From Chiloscyllium plagiosum (Eukaryota), in NCBI RefSeq assembly GCF_004010195.1, contig NC_057718.1:103509946-103573945 (forward strand): a stretch of 64,000 nucleotides of DNA, given 5' to 3'. Position numbers and translations under genes: made by a program. Every line of letters begins with the position of its first letter. The stretch's first letter is position 1. Of this stretch, positions 40,548-52,522 are shown piece by piece. The notes beneath the pieces are model-generated. The model had not been told where the DNA came from, searched no databases, and saw only the letters and a program-made list of their open reading frames with translations.

Positions 40548-41125
40548 CCCCAGCAACTCTTTCTGTTGAAAGGTCACTGGACCCAAAACATTGACTGCTT
40601 TCTCTCCACAACGCTGTCCGACCTGCTGAGTTTCTCCACGCGATTTCTGTTTGTGTTGAAATGTACTAATCTGTGCGGCAGTGCAAACCTAATTACTCAA
40701 CAATGAGCATTTCTGTCAGTAAATCTTTTGCACGGGTGGCTATTTTTGGGAAGTTTGTTGAACTGAATTCAGTCCAAGTTACATGCTCTGAGTAAGGAAA
40801 TTTGAAGATCAGGGCATTCTGTTGAAGGAATAACTTTGGGACATTGTGGTGATATTCCAATGTTGGTTCCGTAGGGATTGTAAACTGCATGCTGTGTTTT
40901 GCTTCATTGAAATCCTTTCGTTTCCCATTACTTTGGAGTTTAGGAAAGGGAGTGAGTATTTTAAAATCTGTAGCTCAGTTGTCTTACTGTATAATACCTT
41001 TCTAGGAGGCGACCAGATTTATTGTGTAAATGTGAATTTCTACCAGCGTCTTGTCTACAGTCCACAGACATAAACAAATATTGGCAGCTGGGATACAAAC
41101 TCAGGGATTGTTATTGAAGGAATGA

Positions 41126-41402
41126 TTAGATTAGACGATTAGATTCCCTACAGTGTGGAAACAGGCCCTTCGGTCCAACAAGTCCACACCGACCCTCCGA
41201 AGAGTAAGCCACTCAGACCCATTTATCCCTGACTAATGCACCTAATTTAGCACATCTTTGGATTGTGGGAGGAAACCAGAGCATCCGGAGGAAACCCACG
41301 CAGACACAGGGAAAATTCCACACAGACAGTTGCCCGTGGCTGGAATTGAACCTGGGACCCTGTGAGGCAGCAGTGCTAACTATTGAACCTCCATACCGCC
41401 CT
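41126..41402 (-). mobile_element. HE1-like V-SINE
   Basis: (ATTAG)n tail, then antisense family sequence with internal deletions. Confidence 0.8.
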
Positions 41403-41629
41403 GGATGAAATGGATGTAAAATGGCAAACAGTATCCAGATAGTACTTGGTCATATCATTACCATTTGGAGTCCTCACACAGAACAAGGGACATGCTCCTT
41501 CTGCCAGGATGTGTTGGTGACCCGAATTTGTCTCCCCGCTGGTATTCTGTCAGATACAGACTCACTATGATCTAATTGAATGGGAATACAACTCCAAGGG
41601 GCCGAATGGCCCCCTCCCGTTCCTATCTT

Positions 41630-41955
41630 AGAACACAGAACCCCTACTGTGTGGAAGGAAGCCATTTGGTGCATCAAATCCACACTGACCCTCTGAACAG
41701 CATCCCACCTAGACTCAGACCCAGCCCCCTACCTTATCCCATAATCCCATAATCCCACATTTAATCATGACCAATCCACCCTGACATGCACATCTCTGGA
41801 CTGTTGAAGAAAACGTGAGCACCCGGAGGAAACCCACACAGACATGGGGAGAATGTGCAAACTCCACACAGACAGTCGCCTGAGGCTGGAATCAAACCCA
41901 GGTCCCTAGAGGCAGCTCTCTGAGGCAGCAGTGCTAACCACTGTGCCACCACCGT
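41630..41955 (-). mobile_element. HE1-like V-SINE
   Basis: Antisense V-domain and tRNA head. Confidence 0.8.
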
Positions 41956-42809
41956 CTTCTCAACTGAGGATCCATTGGAACTTTGATATCAAGAGAAGAT
42001 GATTGAGAGTGTGATCATACCCTCTCACACTTATCATGTAATGTGCTTAGTCTGAAAGATTTGACTGAAATCGAAAATGGTGTCTCTGGTAGGTTTACTG
42101 TTTGTCAGTGACAAAATGAAATACTTTGAAGTTTCTGGGATTGAATTTTCCATGATGCAGGTTGGCATTGTTTAGTAATGCTAACTTTCAGGCCCTCACT
42201 TCCACTTTAAGCAATTAATCTGGGTATTCAGTGAAATTTCAGCAATTCAATGCTGTTATTCACACCTGTAAAATCTTCATAAATGGCTTTTGTGGAAAAT
42301 GTTCTGGAAAACACAATTTTACAGATCCACAAATACGCACTGAATAGGAGTCTAGATATCAAAATTACAAGTGAGTGCACCATGAAGAATGAATTGGAGC
42401 CATGAGCTGAAAATTCAGGAACTCATTTAAGGAATATTCATATTTTAAGATTTGGGGTTTAATACTCTGCATATCACTCCTTATAAACCACTCCCTATAA
42501 AAACACATTTCACAATTTCATCAATCATAACAGTGCTTGCAACTGTCCTTCCATTTAAAAAAAATCATGCAGACATTATTTTTCAAAGCATATTATCACA
42601 TTTCATGCAAGGCTTACTATATGACAAGGGTGCAGACTACATGTGCATGCACAATCTAAATGTTTGCCACAACGTATTTAAACATTTTAAACTTAAGCAT
42701 TTGTATTGCCAACTCATTTCCATTAACAGCTGTTACCAGGGCACTGGTAATGATGTGACTAAAGCACGTTCAATAAAGGCACTCATTGCAAGGAAACAAA
42801 GGACTCTGA

Positions 42810-42920
42810 TAGCAGCAGTGCAGTAGTGTTCCTACCTCTAGACTGGGAGGCCCAGGTTCAAGTCCCACCTGTTCTAGAGGTGCATCACAACACCTCCAAA
42901 GAGGCTAATTAAAAATATCC
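42810..42920 (+). mobile_element. ~110-bp tRNA-derived mini-SINE
   Basis: gcagtagtgttcctacctctagactgggaggcccaggttcaagtcccacctg. Paralogous copies at ~46275 and 46885. Confidence 0.6.
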
Positions 42921-43259
42921 CGTTAGGAGGGAATTAAGGTAACATTTGATCATCGAGGTTGGGAATGTCCTAATGGGCAGAGCATTTTGGGTAAGTAGGC
43001 ATTTGAAAGCGTACCCAGGCCAAAAGAGGGCCACTTGAAATCAGTCGTCAGTTCTAAAAGATCCAACATCCCTCATGTCCATTTTCCTGCCCTTTTCCCC
43101 ATAGCCCTTGATTCCCCGACTGATCAAGAATCTATCAATCTCAGCCTAATATATTCACAAGGACTTTACTCCCACAGCATCTCTGTGGCAAGGAGATTGA
43201 AAGACAAATAACCCTGACAGAGAAAAAAATTCCTCCTTATCTCACTGTTCAATTGGCAC

Positions 43260-45590
43260 CATAAGACCATAAGTTATAGGAGCAGAATTAGGCTATTCAG
43301 CCCATCGAGTCTGCTCCACCATTCCATCATGGCTCATGGGTTTCTCAGCACCATTCTCCTGCCTTCTCCCTTAACCCTTCATTCCCTCACTAATCATGAG
43401 CCTATCTATCCCTGTGTTAAATATACTCAATGACTTGGCCTCCACAGCCCTCTGCATCAATAAGCTCCACAGATTCCCCCACACTCTGACTGAAGAAATT
43501 CCTCCTCATCTCAGTTCTAAAGGGTTGTCCCTTCACTCTGAGGCTGTGCTCTTGGGTCCTAGTCTCTCCTACTGATGGAAACATCTTCTCCATGTCCACT
43601 CAATCCAGGCCCCTCACTATTCTGTAAGTTTCAATCAGATTCCGTCCCGATCCTTCTAAACTCCACCAGCACAGACCCAGACTGCTCAACCACTCCTCAC
43701 ATGACAAGCCCTTCATCCTCCTTTGGACTCTCTCCAACGCCAGCACATCCTTAGATACGGGACCCAAAACTGCTCACAATATTCTAAATATGGTCTGACC
43801 AGAGCCTTATACAATCTTTGCAGTATATTCCTTCTCTTGAAATGAATCCTAACGTTGTGTTTGCCTCCCAATTGCCAACTGAACTAGCATGTTAACCTGA
43901 GGAGAATCATTAACTAGGACTCCTAAGTCGCTTAGTGCTTTAGATTTCCAAAGCCATTCCCCATTTTAAAGAGTCGTTAACACTTCTATTCTTCCTACTT
44001 TCCCACATTGTATTCCAGCTGCCACTTCTTTGCGCACTTTCCTAGCCTTTCCATTTTCCTAATCAAGTTCCTTTGAAGCCTCCCCGCTTCCTCCACAGCA
44101 CCCGTCCCTCCACCTGTCCTGGTGTCATCTGCAAATGTAGCAGCAATGTCTTCAGCTCCTTCATCCAGATCATTAATGTATAATGTGAATAGTTGTGGTC
44201 CTAATACAGACCCCTGAGGAACTCCACTAGTCACAGCTGCCGTCCTGATATACGATACGATATACTTCCAGGTATTCTGCAATCTCACCCTCAATAATGG
44301 ACTCTAAAATCTTACCAACAACAGAGTACAGGGTCTCCCAGTCTCTGCCGTTTTCCATTTCCATTTCTATGTGTTAAATTAACCATTTTCTGGCATTTTC
44401 CCCGATTTCAGTGATTCCTGTAAGATCATGACCTATGCCTCTACAATTTCCTCAGCTATCTCCTTCAGAACCCGGGGCTGTTGTCTCTCTTGTCTGGGTG
44501 ATTTATCCCCTTTCAGAACTCCCAGCTTTCCTAACACCTTTGCCTTCATGATGACCACGACATTCACCTCTGCCCTCTGACTTTCTGGAAGTTTTGATTT
44601 GCTTCTGGTATCTTCCACCATCTTTGGAAAACTGATGCGAAGTACCTAACCAGGTCTGTCTCCATTTCTTTGTTCTCTATACGACTCCTCCAGCCCTATT
44701 TTCAAGCAGTCCAATGTCTACTCTTGACTCTCTCTTACCCTTTTGATAGTGAAAAATACTTTTGCAATCTGCTGTTATATTACTAGCTAGCTTACCTTCA
44801 TATGTCACCCTCTTTTTGCTTTTTATTAATTTACCCCCTGCTGGTTTTTAAAGGCTTCCCAATCCTTTACCTTCCCATTAATCTTCATCACATCATATGT
44901 ATTTCCTTTTGCTTTTATGCTGTCACAGCCTTCCCCTGTCAGCCATGGTCGCCTCATCCTCCCCATCATATGTTTCTTCTTCCTCGGGATGAATTTCTGC
45001 TGCTCCTCCCGAATTACCCTCAGAAACTCCAGCCATTGCTGCTTCACTGTCTTCCCTGCTCGACTCCCCTTCCAATCAACTCTGGCCAGATCCTCCCCCA
45101 TGACTTTGTAGTTACCTTTACACAACTGCAATACTGTTACATCGGATTCCAGCTTCTCCCTTTCGAACTGCAGGGTGAATTCCATCATATCATGGTCACT
45201 GCCCTCGAGGGACTCCTTCACCTTGGGCTTCCTCATCATGTCTGTCCCATTACACATCACCAAATCCAGCATTTGCCTGTTCCCTAATGGGCTCCACCAC
45301 AAGCTGCTCCAAAACCCTCTCATAGACATTCCATAAATTCCTTTTCTTGGGATCCACCACCAGCCTGATGTTCCCAGTCCGCCTGCGAACTGAAGTTCCC
45401 TATGATTTTTGGAATAGTGTCTTTCTTACAAGCCTTTTCTATCTCTTGATTGATTTTTCTTCCCCACCTCCTGACTTCTGCTTGGAAGCCTGTACATAAC
45501 TCCCATCAGAGTTGTTTTCCCTTTGTGGTTCCTCAACCCTACCTACACAGTTTCTACACCTTCCAACTCTGTATCACTTGACTAACAAGG
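43260..45590 (-). mobile_element. Long degenerate CR1 LINE (endonuclease C-terminus, RT and 3' end, with many deletions)
   Basis: ORF fragments LDLVMCN...LEGSDHDMMEF (44826-45329), KGDKSP...[35 protein letters not shown]...FADDT (43995-44294) and an (CATAAGA)-type tail at ~43260. Confidence 0.9.
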
Positions 45591-46475
45591 CATCCCCTGT
45601 CCTGGGTGTATACGCAGAAAACAAGGAAATCGAGGTCCCAACGTCATTCAATTTGTACGTTCCCAAAGCACAAAGGTGTTTCATTTCTGGTGTCACGCCG
45701 ATCTCCCCCATTTGATTGGCAACAGATCACAAATCTGCCTTTCTCACAATAAGTGGAAACGTACATAAAACCTCAGTGTCCTTTCAAACTGCAGGGAATC
45801 AGCCTTTCAACTTGGGCTAGAAACCAGTGTCAGGAAAGTAGATTGGCTGCTTCTCAGTTCAGGAATGCTCTGAGGCAGCCTTGTCGCGGAGGGGTGAAGA
45901 TGTTCCCATCTTCCTTGTCCTCCTGGCATCATTCACTTGTCCATGAAATCGCTGCAGCCATTACTCTGGCAGGGTTAGAAATGCAGCTCCTTTTTAAAGT
46001 TCAAGCAGAGTTGCTCCAGAGTCTGACAGAGAGCGGCAGATGCTGGCTGGGCTTTATATTGAGGAGCTGAGTTTTCTGCCTTCCATCGCCAGTTTGATTG
46101 AGCCCCCCCCCGTCCTCCTCTCCCTGACCTTTGATGGTCTGTATTATCCTCCATGGGCTTTGAACACACATTATTCAATCAGAAAACACATTGATTTACT
46201 AGTGGTGGTGAAAGATGGAACAAAAATACCACAGGTGACCTGTGTAAAACATTAAAAACGGGCTGAGTTTTGGGGCGGTTGGGGTGCAGTGGTAGTGCCC
46301 TTACCTTTGAATGGACAGGCCTGGGTTCAAGTCCCACCTGCTTCAGAAGTATGTCATAACATTCCTGAACAGATTGATTAAATATCCAAGAGCTGAGTTT
46401 TAGAGAGATCGGTATGGTTGGGGCTGCAGTACGTTATCCCCCCATCACACCACTTTGACATTACTGTTGCACAGC

Positions 46476-46783
46476 TCAGCATGATGGCTCAGTGGTTAAT
46501 ACTGCTGCCTTGCAGCGCCAGGGACCCGAGTTTGATTCCACCCTCGGTCTGTGTGGAGTTTGCACATTCTCTCCGTGTCTGTGTGGGTGTCCTTTCCTCC
46601 CTCAGTCCAAAGATGCGCAGGTTAAGTGCTAAATTGCCGGTAGTATCTAGGGGTGTGCAGGATAGCTGGATTGGCCATGGGAAATGCAGGGCTATAGGGT
46701 GGGTCTGGGTGTGATGCTCTTCGGAGGGGTGGTGTAGACCTGATGGGCTGAATGGCCTGCTTCCACACTGTAGGGATTCTATG
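46476..46783 (+). mobile_element. HE1-like V-SINE
   Basis: tggctcagtggtta head, V-domain and ttccacactgtagggattct tail. Confidence 0.8.
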
Positions 46784-47458
46784 AGCTCCTTGTGGACAGT
46801 GCTTGAAATGTATTTGTCCCGTTGACTAATTGGACAATTTGGTTGTGGATCTTTGGGGGGAAAAAAGCAAAGAAGACTTAGAGCTGTTGTGGTGCAGTGG
46901 CAGGGTCCCTACCTCCGAGCCAGGAGGCCTGGAAAGAAGATCCAGCTGCTCCCGAGGTGTGTAAAAACATCTCTGAACAAGTTGATGGGGAAATAAAGAG
47001 CTGGCTTCTTCCCCATTGGTGATGTTGGCTTCTGGATAGGAAAAGGTAGAAACTGGGGTTTCTGTTAAACTAAAGGTTTACAATTAAACCCTTGTGAATC
47101 TCTGAAAATGCTTTGCTGCCCAATATAACATCTGGATGCCAGTCTATTAAACAGGTCTGCACCATACCTCAGTTAAAACTGTATCCTGCTTGCTCTGGGA
47201 TGGTAAGATCAAAATCCACATCACTTCATGCACCTGCCACACCAGGTCACTATCGGAAATGCCCACAAGGATGTAAGCTACTGCATTTTAAGTTACCCCA
47301 CTGACCCTTCCATCTGAACACCACAATGCTGAAAGATAAAGAGTGAAAATCTCCCATTATAAACCATATAGTGCCAGCTCAACTCAGTCTGCAATATGAA
47401 ATCAGCAGAACTTGGATCCAGTGAGTAATCAGTCAGATATAGAGCTAGCGAGGCTTTG

Positions 47459-47750
47459 ATTAGATTAGATTACTTACAGTGTGGAAACAGGCCCTTCGGC
47501 CCAACAAGTCCACACCGACCCTCCGAAGAGCAACCCACCCAGACCCATTCCCCTACACCTAACACTATGGGTAATTTAGCATGGCCAATTCACCTAACCT
47601 GTGCATCTTTGGACTGAGAGAGGAAAGGAGACCCACACAGACACAGGGAGAATGTGCAAACTCCACACAGACAGTTGCCTGAGGCAGGAATTGAACTCGG
47701 GTCTCTGGCGCTGTGAGGCAGCAGTGCTAACTGCTGTGCCACCGTGCCGC
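47459..47750 (-). mobile_element. HE1-like V-SINE
   Basis: (ATTAG)n tail and near-identical antisense match to 11928-12240. Confidence 0.9.
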
Positions 47751-49408
47751 ACTGAAGGTAAGACACAGAGGAGCCACAATCTCACTGAAAAGCAAAAGCA
47801 GACTTGAGGGGCTGAATGGCCTTCTTCTGTTTCTGACTCCTAGGTGCTGTGCATTTCCAATAGGAGTTAATAGATGCTCTGTAAGTGACTACACTGGAGC
47901 AGATAGGAGAGGCTTCACTGATGGTGAAAGAGTTGATATTACCACAGATTCATCAGAAGGAACCATTAGTGTCACAGTTCATCGTTATTCTTGTATTATG
48001 CAGTCACATCCACAAAATATTTAGCGAGAACTGGGATGGCAAGAGGTAAGCTGCCTGCTGAGAAGCTGTGGCTTTGTTCAGAGCAGGGTCAGGCTGGAGC
48101 TGAAACAAACCTGTGACAACAGCAGCAGTAAAGGTCAATCAAAGACAGGCTAAAGCATCCACATTCTAGGTGACCTTCTAAGCTTGTGACAAATTGCCAT
48201 CAGTCGATGTCTGCTAATGACAACTGCACTCACGTTGATCAATTGTTTTATTTAAAGTGGCCGATAGGCAGCTTACAGGTCAGCCAATTTCACCTCTCCC
48301 TGCACTTGCTCAATGTAAAAAGCTTATTTCTCTGTGTTCGTCGTAAACATTAAATTGTCAGCCAGCTCCTTCTCCTCCTCGTCCCTCTGCCACCGGACCA
48401 CCTCCCACCCCCATGGTCGAGCCCTTCAGGATTCAGCAGCACCTCCAAAAGTACACAGCTTTCTCGATAGATAATGTGAAAGAGGAGAAGTATTCAGCTC
48501 TGCTGATATCACAGCAGTTTCAAAACGGTGATGCAGTGCCAAGCACACCGATGGTCACTCATCAACTGTCTTGTCAACACTATGATTTCTGTGATGTTTA
48601 AGCGTCATCTTTTGTCAGCTCAGTATCTCTGTTGGAACCCTCCAGCGTCACAGCCATTGGGATTTCCCTTTATGTGATACCTGCCTCTTCCCATCAGGAC
48701 TCCAGTTGCATCCATTACTTGATATGCACAGTCCTGTATGATCAAGCTCCATTGTATTTCATCCTGTGATTATCGAGCGAGTGAGTCAAGGCCACAGTCA
48801 ATGCTGTGAGAATCGACTGCAGCAGAGTCCCAGTGAACAGTGAGATCAGTCTGGGTACACGGGTTTAACTCAGGTAACCCTTCTTTTGTTAAGGTACTCT
48901 CACCCACCTACCCCTTCCCGGCTAAGTGCTGACTGGGTCCACCTTTGTTTGCCATTTATATAAATGATTTGGATGAGATGATAGGGGGCACGGTTCGTAA
49001 GTTTGTAGATGACACCAAAATTGGTGGAATAGTGGACCGTGAAGTAGATTATCTAAGATTGCAAAGAGATATTGATCAACTGGGGGTCATGGGGCTGAGG
49101 AGTGGCAGATGGAGTTTAATTTAGATAAATACAAAGTATTGCATTTTTGTAAAACAATCAAGCACAGGACTGACACAACAAGTGGTAGGGTCCTGGGTAG
49201 TGTTACAGAACAGAGAGATCTAGGGGTTCAAGTACACAATCCTTTTAAATTGTGGCACAGGTAGACAGGGTGGTTAAGAAGGCATCTTGCACACTTGCCT
49301 TCTTTGCTCAGACCTTTGAGTATAGGAGTTGGGGGTGTCATGTTGAGGGTGTTGAAACTTTATTGCTGGAACAGCACAGCAGGTCAGGCAGCATCCAGGG
49401 AACAGGAG

Positions 49409-49444
49409 ATTCGACGTTTCGGGCACAGGCCCTTCTTCAGGAAT
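49409..49444 (-). ncRNA. Minimal type I hammerhead ribozyme motif (mirror copy, sense to MEIS1 pre-mRNA)
   Basis: Exact reverse complement of 49712-49747. Confidence 0.75.
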
Positions 49445-49711
49445 GAGCAGAGAGTGTTCAGCAGGAGAAGATAAAAGGTAGGGAGGAGGGACTTGGAGGA
49501 GGGGCGTTGGAAATGTGATAGGTGGAAAGAGGTCAAGGTGAGGGTGATAGGTCGGAGTAGGATGGAGGCGGAGAGGTCAACAAGAAGACTGCAGGTCAGG
49601 AAGGCGACGTGGTCGACGGTGCCCTCCACCGCATCTCCTCCACTTCCAACTCCCCTCCTCCAAGTCCCTCCTCCCTACCTTTTATCTTCTCCTGCTGAAC
49701 ACTCTCTGCTC

Positions 49712-49747
49712 ATTCCTGAAGAAGGGCCTGTGCCCGAAACGTCGAAT
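49712..49747 (+). ncRNA. Minimal type I hammerhead ribozyme motif (PLE-associated)
   Basis: ATTC-CTGAAGA-A-GGGC-ctgt-GCCC-GAA-ACGT-C|GAAT. Stem I is AUUC/GAAU, the core is CUGANGA...GAAA, stem II is GGGC/GCCC, stem III is the palindrome ACGU and the cleavage triplet is GUC. Confidence 0.75.
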
Positions 49748-50382
49748 CTCCTGTTCCCTGGATGCTGCCTGACCTGCTGTGCTGTTCCAGCAATAAAGTT
49801 TCAACTTTGATCTCCAGCATCTGCAGACCTCACTTTCTCCTCGAAGATGTCATGTTGAGGTTCTACAGGGCTTTAGTGAGGCTTCTTCTGGAATACTGTG
49901 TCCCGTTCTGGTTGGTCTGTTGCAGAAAGGATATTATTAAGCTGGAGAGGGTGCAGAAGAGATTTACCAGGATGTTGCCAGGAAGGGAGGGTTTGAGTTA
50001 TAAAAATAGATTGGAAAGACTAATTCCAAGATTGGGACATTTTTCACTGGAGTGCAGGAGATTAAGGGGTAAGCTTAGAGAGGTTTATAAAATCATGAGG
50101 GGCATAGATAAAGAGAATGGCAAGAGTCTGATCCCTGGGGTGAGTGAGTTCAAAACTAGGGGGCAGATTTTCAAGGTGAGAGGAGAAAGATTTAAAAAGG
50201 ACATGAGGTGCAACTCCTTTACAGAGAGAATGGTTTGTGTGTGGAATGAGGAGGAGGTGGAGAATGTGGGTGCAATTACATTTAAAACATGTTTGGATAA
50301 GTACATGAATAGGAAAAAGATATGGACCAAGTGCAGGCAAGTGGCACTAGTTTAGTTTGGGATTACATCAGAACGGACTGGT

Positions 50383-51886
50383 TAATAGACAATAGACAAT
50401 AGGTGCAGGAGTAGGCCATTCTGCCCTTCGAGCCTGCACCACCATTCATTATGATCATGGCTGATCATCCTTAATCAGTATCCTGTTCCTGCCTTATCTC
50501 CATAACCCTTGAGAGCTCTATCCAACTCTTTCTTAAACGAATCCAGAGACTGGGCCTCCACTGCCCTCTGGGGCAGAGCATTCCACACAGCCACCACTCT
50601 CTGGGTGAAGAAGTCTCTCCTCATCTCTGTCCTAAATGGCCTACTCCTTATTTTTAAGCTGTGTCCTCTGGTTCGGGACTGACCCATCAGCAGAAACTTG
50701 TTTCCTGCCTCCAGAGTGTCCAATCCTTTAATAATCTTATATGTCTCAATCAGATCCCCTCTCAGTCTTCTAAACTCAAGGGTATACAAGCCCAGTCACT
50801 CCAATCTTTCAACATAAGATAGTCCCGCCATTCCAGGAATTTACCTTGTGTACCTACGCTGCACTCCCTCAATAGCCAGAATGTCTTTCCTCAAATTTGG
50901 AGACCAGAAATGCACACAATATTCCAGGTACGGTCTCACCAGGGCCCTGTACAGCTGCAGAAGAACCTCTTTGCTTCTATACTCAATCCATCTTGTTATG
51001 AAGGCCAGCATGCTATTAGCTTTCCTCACTACCTGCTGTACCTGCATGCTTACCTTCATTGACTGGTGTACAAGAACACTCAGATCTCTTTGTACAGCCC
51101 CTATACTAACTTGACTCCATTTAGGTAGTAATCTGCCTTCCTGTTCTTGCCACCAAAGTGGATAACCATACATTTATCCACATTAAATTGCATCTGCCAT
51201 GCATCTCTCCACTCACCTAACCTGTCNNNNNNNNNNNNNNNNNNNNNNNNNNNNNNNNNNNNNNNNNNNNNNNNNNNNNNNNNNNNNNNNNNNNNNNNNN
51301 NNNNNNNNNNNNNNNNNNNNNNNNNNNNNNNNNNNNNNNNNNNNNNNNNNNNNNNNNNNNNNNNNNNNNNNNNNNNNNNNNNNNNNNNNNNNNNNNNNNN
51401 NNNNNNGGACTTTATCAAAAGCTTTTTGAAAGTCCAGGTACACTACATCTACTGGATCTCCCTTGTCCGTCTTCAGAGTTACATCCCCCAAACATTCCAG
51501 GAGATTAGTCAAGCATGATTTCCCCTTCATAAATCCATGCTGACTCTGACTTATCCTGTTACTACTATCCAGATGTGTCGTAATTTCATCCTTTATAATT
51601 GACTCCAGCATCTTTCCCACCACTGAGGTCAGACTAACTGGTCTATAATTTCCTGCTTTCTCTCTCGCTCCTTTCTTAAAAAGTGGTACAACATTAGCCA
51701 CCCTCCAGTCCGCAGGAACTGATCCCGAATCTATCGAACTCTGGAAAATAATCACCAACTCATCCACGATTTCTAGAGCCACCTCCTTCAGTACCCTGGG
51801 ATGTAGACCATCAGGCCCCGGGGACTTATCAGCCTTCAGACCTAACAGTCTCTCCAACACCAATTCCTGGCAAATATAAATTCCCC
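50383..51886 (-). mobile_element. Young 5'-truncated CR1 LINE (RT region to 3' end) containing an assembly gap
   Basis: ORFs KSPGPDGLHPRVLKE...NYRPVSLTSVVGKMLE...QHGFMKGKSCLTNL...YLDFQKAFDKV, LYRALVRPYLEYCVHFWSP and LEFRRLRGDLIETYKI. (AATAGAC)n tail at 50383-50402. Confidence 0.95.
51227..51406. other. Assembly gap (N run) inside the CR1
   Basis: Run of N. Confidence 1.
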
Positions 51887-51994
51887 TTGGACTGAAGGGT
51901 CTGTTTCCACACTGTAGGACTCTATGATTCCAAATACCACCCTGTGTCCTGATATATATATATTAATATTGTTAATTAATCTGTGAAATGCTAC

Positions 51995-52215
51995 CACATG
52001 AAGCCTTCCACCATCTTGACTTGGAAATATATCGCTGTTCCATCACTGTCACTGGGTCAATGTCCTGGAACTCCCTGCCTAAGGGACATTGTGTGTCAAT
52101 CCACAGCACCTGGACTGCAGCGGTTCAAGAAGGCAGCTCACCCCCATCTTCACGAGGCAACCAGGGACAGGCAATAAATTCTGGCTTAGCCAGCAATGCA
52201 TATATCCTGTAAAAA
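51995..52215 (+). mobile_element. LINE family B 3' end
   Basis: TILTWKYIAVPS...SWNSLP-like coding, then gggacaggcaataaattctggcttagccagcaatg, a tail shared with SINE family B. Confidence 0.65.
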
Positions 52216-52522
52216 ACTTAATTGAAAAGCAAAATGTATGTCTCTTTGACTGAGAAGAATTCAAAAGGTTTTCCAGGCATTTTGTTTATAAAAATGCACG
52301 GTTTTGTTTTTTGACTTCACAGAATTACTCCATCCCCACATCATTCTCACTTTCTTCTGAATTGCCCTTCAGGAAACTGCTCCAGACTGCAAGTTGATTT
52401 GTGACAAAATTAAACTGGGTCAATTGCCTAATTTGTCTTCTTAAACAGGTGTGTCCTGGTCATGTACTTGCACAATCTATCCCCAGCTCACGTTTCCATT
52501 CTCTTCAGCTCACACGTACTCA

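Larger units (their letters stand above)
49349..49847. mobile_element. Fold-back PLE insertion with ~160-bp near-perfect inverted arms and a TSD of at least 13 bp
   Basis: TSD TGTCATGTTGAGG at 49336-49348 and 49848-49860. Arms at 49351-49512 and 49644-49805. Confidence 0.9.
48930..50382 (+). mobile_element. CR1 LINE RT-to-3' fragment. Interrupted by a PLE at 49349-49847; its 3' UTR resumes at ~51887-51930.
   Basis: LGPPLFAIYINDLD...KFVDDTKIGG, then YRALVRLLLEYCVPFW...LERVQKRFTRMLPG. Confidence 0.9.
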
